Shown: positions 7,533 through 13,978 of the stretch, piece after piece | Layout of the letters: every line of letters begins with the position of its first letter | Position numbering within the stretch: the first letter of the stretch is position 1 | Assembly (NCBI RefSeq): GCF_000195975.1 | Contig: NC_005070.1 | Location: 960,001 to 992,000, forward strand | DNA from: Parasynechococcus marenigrum WH 8102 | GTDB lineage: Bacteria > Cyanobacteriota > Cyanobacteriia > PCC-6307 > Cyanobiaceae | Length of the DNA: 32,000 nt | Direction: 5' to 3' | Made by a program: the position numbers and the translations under genes | The notes under the pieces: generated by a model | Databases searched by the model: none | The model's input: the letters and a program-made list of their open reading frames with translations, nothing else | Told to the model about the DNA's origin: nothing

Positions 7533-8489
7533 TCACAGCTGCCACAGGTTGACCCATTGGCCGATCAGCAACACACCAAGGCTGGCAGCGACGGCGGTGA
7601 TGGCGATGGCGCGGGGCCGAATCAGCACTGTGAACAATCCCGCCAATTTGAGGTCAACAACCGGTCCAAGCAACAGGAATGCCAGCAGTGCGCCCGGGGT
7701 CACCTGCGCCGCGAAACCGAGGGCGAGGAAGGCATCCACGCTCGAGCACACCGACACCACCACCGCCAGCAGCATCAACGCCAGGATTGATCCTGTCGGT
7801 GCCCCGCCGATCGCCAGCAGCCAGCTGCGCGGCAACCAGGTCTGCACGGTGGCGGCGATGACGCAGCCGAGCACCAGCAGAGCCAGCAGATCCAGGAATT
7901 CGCGACTGCTTTGATTGAGCACATTCCTCAGTGATGGGCGCTGCGGCCTTGGTGCCGTGCTGTCTGGCAGCGGTGCACCAATCAACCCGCTGCCCCGTTG
8001 CAGCAGGTCGAGCTTGCGGAGCGGTTGACTGAGGCGCCGTTCGCTCAACAACGCCGTTTCCAGCAGCTGTGCTTCGGGCAGTTTTGCCAAGAGCATGCTC
8101 AGCAGGATGGCCAGAAGGAAAGCCCCCAGAGGCCTGGCGATCAGCAGCCAGGGTTGATCGGGAAAGGCCGCCCAGGTGCTGGCCAGCACGATCGGATTGA
8201 GCACCGGTGCTGCAAACAGGAATCCAAAGCCGGTGCCCAAGGGTGCGCCACTGGCGAGCAGGCGGCGGGCGACCGGCACATTGCCGCACTCGCAGGCCGG
8301 CAGGGCAAACCCCATCAGTGCGCCGGTGACCGGGGCGAGCACTGGGTGACGGGGCAACCGGCTGATCCAGGCCCCCTGGGGCACCAGCCAACGGGCCAGG
8401 CCTGCGATCACCACCCCCAGCAGCAGAAACGGAATCGCCTCCAGGAGCAACCCCTGAAAGATTGCCCAGGCGGTGGCCACTCGTTCCAC
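7533..8489 (-). CDS. Predicted permease, COG0701 / DUF318 family
   Basis: 318-aa polytopic membrane protein. N-terminal block LLLEAIPFLLLGVVIAGL and the Cys pair CECGNVPVARRLL are typical of this family. Followed by its usual DUF1980 partner. Confidence 0.8.
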   Translation of the reverse strand: MERVATAWAIFQGLLLEAIPFLLLGVVIAGLARWLVPQGAWISRLPRHPVLAPVTGALMGFALPACECGNVPVARRLLASGAPLGTGFGFLFAAPVLNPIVLASTWAAFPDQPWLLIARPLGAFLLAILLSMLLAKLPEAQLLETALLSERRLSQPLRKLDLLQRGSGLIGAPLPDSTAPRPQRPSLRNVLNQSSREFLDLLALLVLGCVIAATVQTWLPRSWLLAIGGAPTGSILALMLLAVVVSVCSSVDAFLALGFAAQVTPGALLAFLLLGPVVDLKLAGLFTVLIRPRAIAITAVAASLGVLLIGQWVNLWQL

Positions 8490-8568
8490 GCTCTGGCTGT
8501 TGCACGTAAAGGGATTCTCACAGCTTTACCAGCCATGGCGATGGCGGTGTGTGCGACGTTGAAGGCTG

Positions 8569-8868
8569 GTGCGGGAGCACGCGGTGGCGTTACGGAGGGT
8601 GTTGTCAGGGCTGGTGTTGCTCTCGACCCTTGGGGCGGCTGCTCATGCCCAGACCCTCGACCAACGCTTTTTCCAGGTGCAGCTGCTGCTGGATCAGATC
8701 CAGCTGGCGGTATCGACAGGAGACGCCGCTGGGGTGTGTGCATTGTCCCGCCGCGCCAACGACCGCTTGCTCGACATTCTTCCGGCGCTGCAGCGGCAGC
8801 GCCCTGGGCTTGATCACGCGGCTCTTCAGGACCGGATTCTTCTGGGGTTCAGCCGCTGTGATCGGTAG
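8569..8868 (+). CDS. Small hypothetical secreted protein
   Basis: 99-codon ORF with a plausible signal peptide (LRRVLSGLVLLSTLGAAAHA/QT). Competing overlapping ORFs on both strands lack such features. No family recognised. Confidence 0.35.
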   Translation: MREHAVALRRVLSGLVLLSTLGAAAHAQTLDQRFFQVQLLLDQIQLAVSTGDAAGVCALSRRANDRLLDILPALQRQRPGLDHAALQDRILLGFSRCDR

Positions 8869-8927
8869 GTCCACTCATTGCTGAGCGCTAATCCGCGATC
8901 CAGGTTGTTGTCAGTGAATGCACTGCG

Positions 8928-9233
8928 ATGGGATTGATCCAGACCCTTCAGAGCCGTCTGCTGCGATACGAATCCACGGCGCTACGTTATCGACAAGCTT
9001 ATTTCAGCGCTGCACGCAATCTGGCGCGGGCCCAGTTTCTGCTGGGGGATGCTGAACTCAGTCAGCGGTTGTGGCAGGACGTCGCCGATCGAGGGCTGGA
9101 TGTCGAGCGGATCGAACAGTTGATGTACGGCTGCTGGTTTCAGGACGATCCAGACGCCATGGCTGAGGCCGATGCGGCGTATCTGAGCCGGACGGCTCCG
9201 CACGAATCTCCCGGCATCTTCGAGCACTGCTGA
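8928..9233 (+). CDS. Hypothetical protein (101 aa)
   Basis: Clean ATG-started ORF in an otherwise unassigned gap, with non-repetitive, helix-like composition. No family recognised. Confidence 0.4.
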   Translation: MGLIQTLQSRLLRYESTALRYRQAYFSAARNLARAQFLLGDAELSQRLWQDVADRGLDVERIEQLMYGCWFQDDPDAMAEADAAYLSRTAPHESPGIFEHC

Positions 9234-9261
9234 TGGCTTTGCCGCCAGGTTTTGAGTTGCG

Positions 9262-9975
9262 GTGAACATCCTGCTGCTGCGCCAAGGGGACGACTGGCTT
9301 GATGCGACCACGGTGCACATCACCGATCACAGGGCTGATCACCTCCGCCAGGTGTTGCGATCAGCGGTAGGGGAGTCGATCCGGATCGGCGTTGTGGGGG
9401 GGAAGCGGGGTGATGCTCGGGTCGAAGCGAGCGATGCCACCGGCGTGACCCTGAGGGTGGCCCTCAACGAACCGCCACCGCCACGGCACCGATTCGACAT
9501 CGTCCTGGCCCTGCCGCGCCCGAAGATGCTGCGCCGGATCCTGCGCACCGTGGCGGAATACGGGGTCTGCAACCTCCACCTGATCAACAGTGCCCGGGTG
9601 GAGAAGAGCTTCTGGCAAACCCCGCTTCTGACGGCGAACAAAGTTGAGGAAGCCCTGATGGCGGGGATGGAACGGGCCCGGGACACCGTGGCGCCGGTGG
9701 TTCATCAGCACCGGTTGTTTCGCCCTTTTGTGGAGGATCAACTGTCGACAATCTGCGCCGGTCGCCCCTGCTGGCTGGCGGAGATGGGATCAGCCCTGGC
9801 CCTTTCAGCGACCCCAGCCGTACCAGCGGTGGTGATGATCGGTCCGGAGGGGGGCTTTGTTCCCTTCGAGTTGGAGTTAGCCCAGGCGGTGATCGCGCAG
9901 CCGGTGCATCTGGGCACTCGGGTGCTCAGTGTGGATACGGCATTGACGGCCGCATTGGCGCTGGGTTGGGGATGA
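9262..9975 (+). CDS. rsmE: 16S rRNA (uracil1498-N3)-methyltransferase
   Basis: GTG start. The N-terminal PUA-like segment (...VTLRV...), ALPRPKMLRRILRTVAEYGVCNLHLINSARVEKSF and the C-terminal IGPEGGF motif are diagnostic of RsmE/SPOUT methyltransferases. Confidence 0.85.
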   Translation: MNILLLRQGDDWLDATTVHITDHRADHLRQVLRSAVGESIRIGVVGGKRGDARVEASDATGVTLRVALNEPPPPRHRFDIVLALPRPKMLRRILRTVAEYGVCNLHLINSARVEKSFWQTPLLTANKVEEALMAGMERARDTVAPVVHQHRLFRPFVEDQLSTICAGRPCWLAEMGSALALSATPAVPAVVMIGPEGGFVPFELELAQAVIAQPVHLGTRVLSVDTALTAALALGWG

Positions 9976-10319
9976 TGGATGGCAACGTCAACACTGCATC
10001 GATGGGTGAGATGAACGACCAGGCCGGACTGGAGGCGTTGGTGGCAGATCTGGGCAGCGGCAATGTGATCGATGCCGAGCTGCTGGAGGGTTGTTCGGTG
10101 GAGGCCCATGAGCTGGATGAGATGGGACCCGAGGAGGCCGCCCAGGTTGCTGCCCACTGTTTTGCCACCTTGTTTGGCCATACCGTGGAGTCCGCTCAAT
10201 GCAGCGAGGCCGATGCGGATGCAGGCCGCTGGGCCGGAACGCTGGACGGTTTTGGGTTCGTGATCAGCCGGGATGACCTGGGGGACCTGGTGCTGGACTT
10301 CAGCGGGCCGGCGTCCTGA
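9972..10319 (+). CDS. Acidic hypothetical protein
   Basis: ORF overlapping the rsmE stop (ATGATG at 9972-9977; the track starts it at TTG 9966). Strongly acidic, non-repetitive sequence. No family recognised. Confidence 0.35.
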   Translation: MMDGNVNTASMGEMNDQAGLEALVADLGSGNVIDAELLEGCSVEAHELDEMGPEEAAQVAAHCFATLFGHTVESAQCSEADADAGRWAGTLDGFGFVISRDDLGDLVLDFSGPAS

Positions 10320-10581
10320 TCAGCAGCACGAGTCCGGAGATGGTCACCACGACGGTGAGCACCCCAAGGATCACCGAATAGATCGGCTGCAGGTTGATTG
10401 GCCCAAAGTCTCCGGTGTGGATCTTCATCAGCCAGAAGGCATCGATGTCCTGCTCCAGCAGCAGGCTGTAGAGGGAACCGGTTCCGGCCGTTAGCAGCAG
10501 TGGTGCTGCGGCGATCGGCACCAGCCAGCGGTGCAGACGTCGAGCCTGACGCTGTTGTTTGCGGTTGGGCTGCACCGTCAT
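10300..10581 (-). CDS. Small two-helix membrane protein (PepSY-TM-like)
   Basis: 93 aa. A basic N-terminus (KQQRQARRLHRW) precedes TM helix 1, followed by FWLMKIHTGDFG and TM helix 2. This arrangement resembles PepSY-associated TM helix proteins. Its ATG overlaps the stop of the upstream gene (ATGA at 10578-10581). Confidence 0.5.
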   Translation of the reverse strand: MTVQPNRKQQRQARRLHRWLVPIAAAPLLLTAGTGSLYSLLLEQDIDAFWLMKIHTGDFGPINLQPIYSVILGVLTVVVTISGLVLLIRTPAR

Positions 10582-10787
10582 TGCTTGCGCAGCTGCTGAT
10601 GCAATTCCCGTTCATCGGAGCAGGGCATCCAACGACCGTTGTTCTGGTGAACCGTGGAGCAACCGATCTCCACAGCGCGGTTCATGGCCTCTGCTTCGTT
10701 ATCGTAAGTCCCCTTGCGATGGGCCTGAGCCCAACCGCTGTGGAGAAGGGATGTGCCAAGCAGCGCGAAGAGAGCGAACCGATGCAT
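10578..10787 (-). CDS. DUF3721-type small secreted protein
   Basis: A start at internal ATG 10787 gives MHRFALFALLGTSLLHSGWA, a signal peptide. The sequence ...EAEAMNRAVEIGCSTVHQNNGRWMPCSDE then matches my recollection of the GC-x-x-H ... WMPC signature of DUF3721 from marine picocyanobacteria. Confidence 0.55.
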   Translation of the reverse strand: MHRFALFALLGTSLLHSGWAQAHRKGTYDNEAEAMNRAVEIGCSTVHQNNGRWMPCSDERELHQQLRKQ

Positions 10788-10803
10788 TGAACAAGACCCT
10801 TGA

Positions 10804-11061
10804 TCAACGGCCTTCGCAGTGTTGAAAGGCCTTGAGCTCATTGATTCTGCCAGGCCCCTGCTGGCTGCCGGGATTGATGGCATCACGCATCTGGATCTGA
10901 GCATCGACGCAACGGTTGAAGCGGTGATGTCTGACCGCCTGAGGAATGAGCAGTAGCGCCATGGCGAACAGGCTCAAGCTGCTGACAGCTGCCAGCACGG
11001 GGTAGGCATGGGCACGCACCATCTCTCGGGCGGAAAGGGACTGGTTTTTGTGGTCGGTCAT
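10804..11061 (-). CDS. Small hypothetical membrane protein
   Basis: 85-aa ORF with one clear TM helix (AYPVLAAVSSLSLFAMALLLIP). Same strand as the two small genes downstream and adjacent to them. Confidence 0.4.
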   Translation of the reverse strand: MTDHKNQSLSAREMVRAHAYPVLAAVSSLSLFAMALLLIPQAVRHHRFNRCVDAQIQMRDAINPGSQQGPGRINELKAFQHCEGR

Positions 11062-11125
11062 GACCTGACACCTTGCTTTGTCATTGTGCGGCGATCGCTA
11101 AGGAAACTTTGACGCAGCCGACCAA

Positions 11126-11246
11126 CGCTGGCCCTGGTGGTCGCTGCTGCCACTTCGCTCTCAGTTGCAGAACAAGGTCGAAGGGCTTGTCCCTGAGTTG
11201 TCCCTCGTTTTTTGTGCAATTGGGCTGGATGGTGTGCAACTTAGTT
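11126..11246 (+). repeat. Boundary repeat copy A (core 26 nt plus ~95-nt shared arm)
   Basis: CGCTGGCCCTGGTGGTCGCTGCTGCC (11126-11151) matches 13117-13142 and 31975-32000. The following ~95 nt (..CTTGTCCCTGAGTTGTCCCT..TTTTGTGCAATTGGGCTGGATGGTGTGCAA..) align by eye with 13143-13238. Sequence upstream of 11126 is unrelated to the other copies. Confidence 0.75.
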
Positions 11247-11308
11247 CCTTATTCACTCCCGCTTGATTTAGTCCTAGTGATTAACCGGTGCATCACCACA
11301 ACCTCTTT

Positions 11309-11629
11309 TTAAATCGTTTGATCGGTGCCAGCCGTGTTCAGTAAGCCCCAAGAATTGGCTTGGGGTGTCTCCAGCCGATCTAGGTCTTTGAGCTCTCTCG
11401 ATAAGGACCCACAGCAGCCTTGACCAACAAACTCATCACCGCCGTGAACGCAGTGCCAGCGACTCACATCCTCGGCACCGAGCAGAAACAGCACGGTCGT
11501 GATGGCACTGCGCTGCTGGCCATCGGGCCTTGTGACCTGAATGGAGCTCCGTTGCACTTCCCGATACCAACCGCCTTCTGGATGAGGCTGCAGCCGCCAA
11601 CGGGCCACGAGGGAGTCCATCAAGTCCAA
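11309..11629 (-). CDS. DUF985 (cupin-like) protein, apparently C-terminally truncated or diverged
   Basis: The N-terminal 65 aa (WRLQPHPEGGWYREV....SAITTVLFLL....SRWHCVHGGDE) match the DUF985 pattern. The remaining 40 aa have no cupin-like character, and the ORF is shorter than I would expect for the family. Confidence 0.45.
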   Translation of the reverse strand: MDLMDSLVARWRLQPHPEGGWYREVQRSSIQVTRPDGQQRSAITTVLFLLGAEDVSRWHCVHGGDEFVGQGCCGSLSRELKDLDRLETPQANSWGLLNTAGTDQTI

Positions 11630-11660
11630 CGCTGATCAGAACGCAGGCCGCCAACGTTGG

Positions 11661-11696
11661 CACAACAAAAAGCCCCCACCGATTGGTGAGGGCTTT
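11661..11696 (-). terminator. Rho-independent terminator downstream of psbA
   Basis: On the minus strand: AAAGCCCTCACC-AATC-GGTGGGGGCTTT, a 12-bp stem with one G-U pair, followed by TTTTGTTGTG. It lies about 60 nt after the psbA stop. Confidence 0.65.
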
Positions 11697-11754
11697 CCGA
11701 TTCAGTTGATCTGAATCGCTTGTTCTATTCCCGAGGGAACAGGTTGATTCCAGA

Positions 11755-12834
11755 TCAACCGATGGCAGGAGCCTGCAGAGCCACAGGAGTGGACTCAGCA
11801 GCAGCCAGGTCGAGGGGGAAGTTGTGAGCGTTGCGCTCGTGCATCACTTCCATGCCGAGGCCGGCACGGTTCAACACGTCGGCCCAGGTGTTCAGGACGC
11901 GGCCCTGACCATCAAGGATGGACTGGTTGAAGTTGAAGCCATTCAGGTTGAAGGCCATGGTTGACACGCCCAGGGCGGTGAACCAGATACCGACAACAGG
12001 CCAGGCAGCCAGGAAGAAGTGGAGGCTACGGCTGTTGTTGAAGGAGGCGTATTGGAAGATCAGGCGACCGAAGTAACCGTGGGCAGCCACGATGTTGTAG
12101 GTCTCTTCCTCTTGGCCAAACTTGTAGCCGTAGTTCTGGGACTCGGTCTCGGTGGTTTCACGCACCAGGGAGGAGGTCACCAGGGAGCCATGCATGGCGG
12201 AGAACAGGGAGCCACCGAACACACCTGCAACACCCAGCATGTGGAAGGGGTGCATCAGGATGTTGTGCTCAGCCTGGAACACCAGCATGTAGTTGAACGT
12301 GCCGGAGATGCCCAGGGGCATGGCGTCAGAGAAGGAGCCCTGACCGAAGGGGTAGACCAGGAAGACTGCAGAGGCAGCAGCGACAGGTGCGCTGTAGGCG
12401 ACGCAGATCCAGGGGCGCATGCCCAGGCGGTAGGAGAGTTCCCACTCACGACCCATGTAGGCGTAGATGCCGATCAGGAAGTGGAAGACGACGAGCTGGA
12501 AAGGACCGCCGTTGTACAGCCACTCATCGAGAGAAGCGGCTTCCCAGATGGGATAGAAGTGCAGGCCGATGGCATTGCTGGAAGGAACAACAGCACCAGA
12601 GATGATGTTGTTGCCGTAGATCAGGGAGCCAGCGACAGGCTCGCGGATGCCATCGATGTCAACCGGAGGAGCGGCGACGAAAGCGATGACGAAGCAGATG
12701 GTGGCAGCCAGCAGGGTGGGGATCATCAGCACACCGAACCAACCGACATAAAGACGGTTGTTGGTGGAGGTGACCCACTCGCAGAAGGCCTGCCAGCTGG
12801 AAGCGCCGGAGCGCTGCTGGAGGGTGGTGGTCAT
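11755..12834 (-). CDS. psbA: Photosystem II reaction-centre protein D1, Glu130 (D1:2-type) isoform
   Basis: 359-aa translation is unmistakably D1 (MTTTLQQR...[18 protein letters not shown]...HNFPLDLAA...). Counting residues gives ...YMGRE(130)[12 protein letters not shown], i.e. Glu at position 130. Confidence 0.97.
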   Translation of the reverse strand: MTTTLQQRSGASSWQAFCEWVTSTNNRLYVGWFGVLMIPTLLAATICFVIAFVAAPPVDIDGIREPVAGSLIYGNNIISGAVVPSSNAIGLHFYPIWEAASLDEWLYNGGPFQLVVFHFLIGIYAYMGREWELSYRLGMRPWICVAYSAPVAAASAVFLVYPFGQGSFSDAMPLGISGTFNYMLVFQAEHNILMHPFHMLGVAGVFGGSLFSAMHGSLVTSSLVRETTETESQNYGYKFGQEEETYNIVAAHGYFGRLIFQYASFNNSRSLHFFLAAWPVVGIWFTALGVSTMAFNLNGFNFNQSILDGQGRVLNTWADVLNRAGLGMEVMHERNAHNFPLDLAAAESTPVALQAPAIG

Positions 12835-13035
12835 GAGAACGGAAAGAAGCCGGTGGGATGAATCCCGGTGGCAGATAAGAAAAGTCGGTTACCCGACCTC
12901 AGTAATGTAAAGGAAGTTTGCGGCGCCAGCACGAAACCCGGCCCGAGCACTCCTGATGAGATCGATAGGCTCCGCTTATCAGCTGCCCATGGTGCGCTTC
13001 GGAGCGATCTGGGATGAAGTGATCGGCCCGATGAA

Positions 13036-13238
13036 TGCCCTGATCCTTTCCTCTGCAGAATCACTGCGTTAATGGGGAGCATGGTGGCTGGAGCTGGTGT
13101 GAATCCTGCTGATCAGCGCTGGCCTTGGTGGCCGCTGCTGCCATTTAGCTACCAGTTACGGGAACAGGTCTGAGGGCCTTGTCCCTGAGTTGTCCCTGGA
13201 ATTTTGTGCAAGTGGGCTGGATTGTGGGCAAGTGAGTT
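13036..13238 (+). repeat. Boundary repeat copy B (full segment plus shared arm); contains a 33-codon relic ORF at 13072-13173
   Basis: 13036-13142 align nearly base for base with 31893-32000 (..CAGAATCACTGC.TT.ATGGGGAGCATGGTGGC.GGAGCTGG.GTGAATCCTGC.GATCAGCGCTGG....TGGCCGCTGCTGCC). 13143-13238 align with copy A 11152-11246. The reading frame MGSMVAGAGVNPADQRWPWWPLLP continues only 9 codons further to a TGA. Confidence 0.8.
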
Positions 13239-13279
13239 AGGGCTCTGGCTTCATTTAGAAAATGTTTTGTGATGTCAGA

Positions 13280-13909
13280 TCAGATGAGATCGGGCTGATA
13301 GGTGATGAGATCGTCGTGATTGATGTTGAGGAGTGTTGTTTTGATGTTGTGTTCTGAGTCTTTGAGGAGGAGGTGATTGCCGCGTTGGATGAGTTGAAGA
13401 TTGAGGTTGTTGGGAGCATTGATGAGATCGCCTTCAGTGATGGAGAAATCACGGATGGTGTCGTTGCCTTTGGAGAGCTTGAAGGTGTCAGAGCCTTTAG
13501 CGCCGGTGAGGGTGTCTTGGCCTTTGCCGCCAAAGAGGGTGTCGTCGCCAGAGCCGCCATGGAGGCTGTCGTGATACAGCTGACCTTTGAGGAGGTCATC
13601 ACCTGAGGAACCCCTAAGGGTGTCTTGACCTCTGCCGCCTTTAAGAGTGTCGTCGCCCCTGCCTGCATTGAGGTGATCGCGTCCTTGTCCGCCGAAAAGC
13701 AAGTCGGTTTGAGGTCCGCCTTTGAGGGTGTCGTTGTCGGCCCCACCGGTGATCAGATCTTGCCCGCGTCCACCGATGAGCAGGTCATCTCCACCGGCTG
13801 AACCGATGGTGTCGTTGCCTCCTCCGAGAACAATGATCTGCGCAGAGTCATCGGCGTAAACGACATTGCTGCCGCTGCCACCAGTGATTTCGACTGATCC
13901 AATAATCAC
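13280..13909 (-). CDS. RTX (hemolysin-type calcium-binding) repeat domain, in frame with and probably the detached C-terminus of the upstream giant adhesin
   Basis: About ten GGxGxDxLx-type nonapeptides (GGGNDTIGS, GGDDLLIGG, GRGQDLITG, GADNDTLKG ...). The track start is GTG 13909. The frame is open upstream to 13978 and continuous with the 2230-aa ORF apart from one TAG at 13979-13981. Confidence 0.75.
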   Translation of the reverse strand: MIIGSVEITGGSGSNVVYADDSAQIIVLGGGNDTIGSAGGDDLLIGGRGQDLITGGADNDTLKGGPQTDLLFGGQGRDHLNAGRGDDTLKGGRGQDTLRGSSGDDLLKGQLYHDSLHGGSGDDTLFGGKGQDTLTGAKGSDTFKLSKGNDTIRDFSITEGDLINAPNNLNLQLIQRGNHLLLKDSEHNIKTTLLNINHDDLITYQPDLI

Positions 13910-13978
13910 TGCGAAGTCAATGTTGTCGAGTTGAATTTCAGTGCCACTGGGTAAATTGGAGAGGTCGATAATGAAGGC

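Noticed and set aside
5655-7552. Plus-strand ORFs 5655-6512, 6145-6543, 6555-6971 and 6764-7552
   Set aside because: They are antisense to the 440-aa secreted protein and DUF1980 genes, which have signal or TM features and ATGA coupling.
7654-8813. 283-aa minus-strand ORF (7654-8505) and 271-aa plus-strand ORF (7998-8813)
   Set aside because: They overlap the COG0701 permease frame, which shows a clear polytopic membrane pattern. These alternatives are Arg/Gly/Pro/Ala-rich GC artefacts.
11073-11312. 79-aa plus-strand ORF across repeat copy A, and the 33-codon ORF at 13072-13173
   Set aside because: I interpret these as decayed relics of the duplicated gene 5' end rather than functional genes. 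The two copies do not preserve a common reading frame past the shared core.
12019-12861. 280-aa plus-strand ORF
   Set aside because: It lies entirely antisense to psbA, whose identity is unambiguous. This is a typical GC-rich shadow ORF with Gly/Asp/Val-rich nonsense composition.
12835-12960. psbA promoter elements (a TACATT -10-like hexamer about 70 nt upstream of the ATG)
   Set aside because: There is no convincing -35 partner at proper spacing, so I cannot place the promoter from sequence alone.
11100-13260. Search for a tRNA or tmRNA gene at the module boundaries, the usual island target
   Set aside because: I could find no cloverleaf-compatible sequence, T-loop (GGTTCGA-like) or CCA context near any of the four repeat copies. 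The repeated segment reads as a protein-coding 5' end instead.
13255-13746. 163-aa minus-strand ORF rich in Thr/Ser/Lys
   Set aside because: It is an alternative frame of the RTX repeat region. The GGxGxD frame is the biologically meaningful one.
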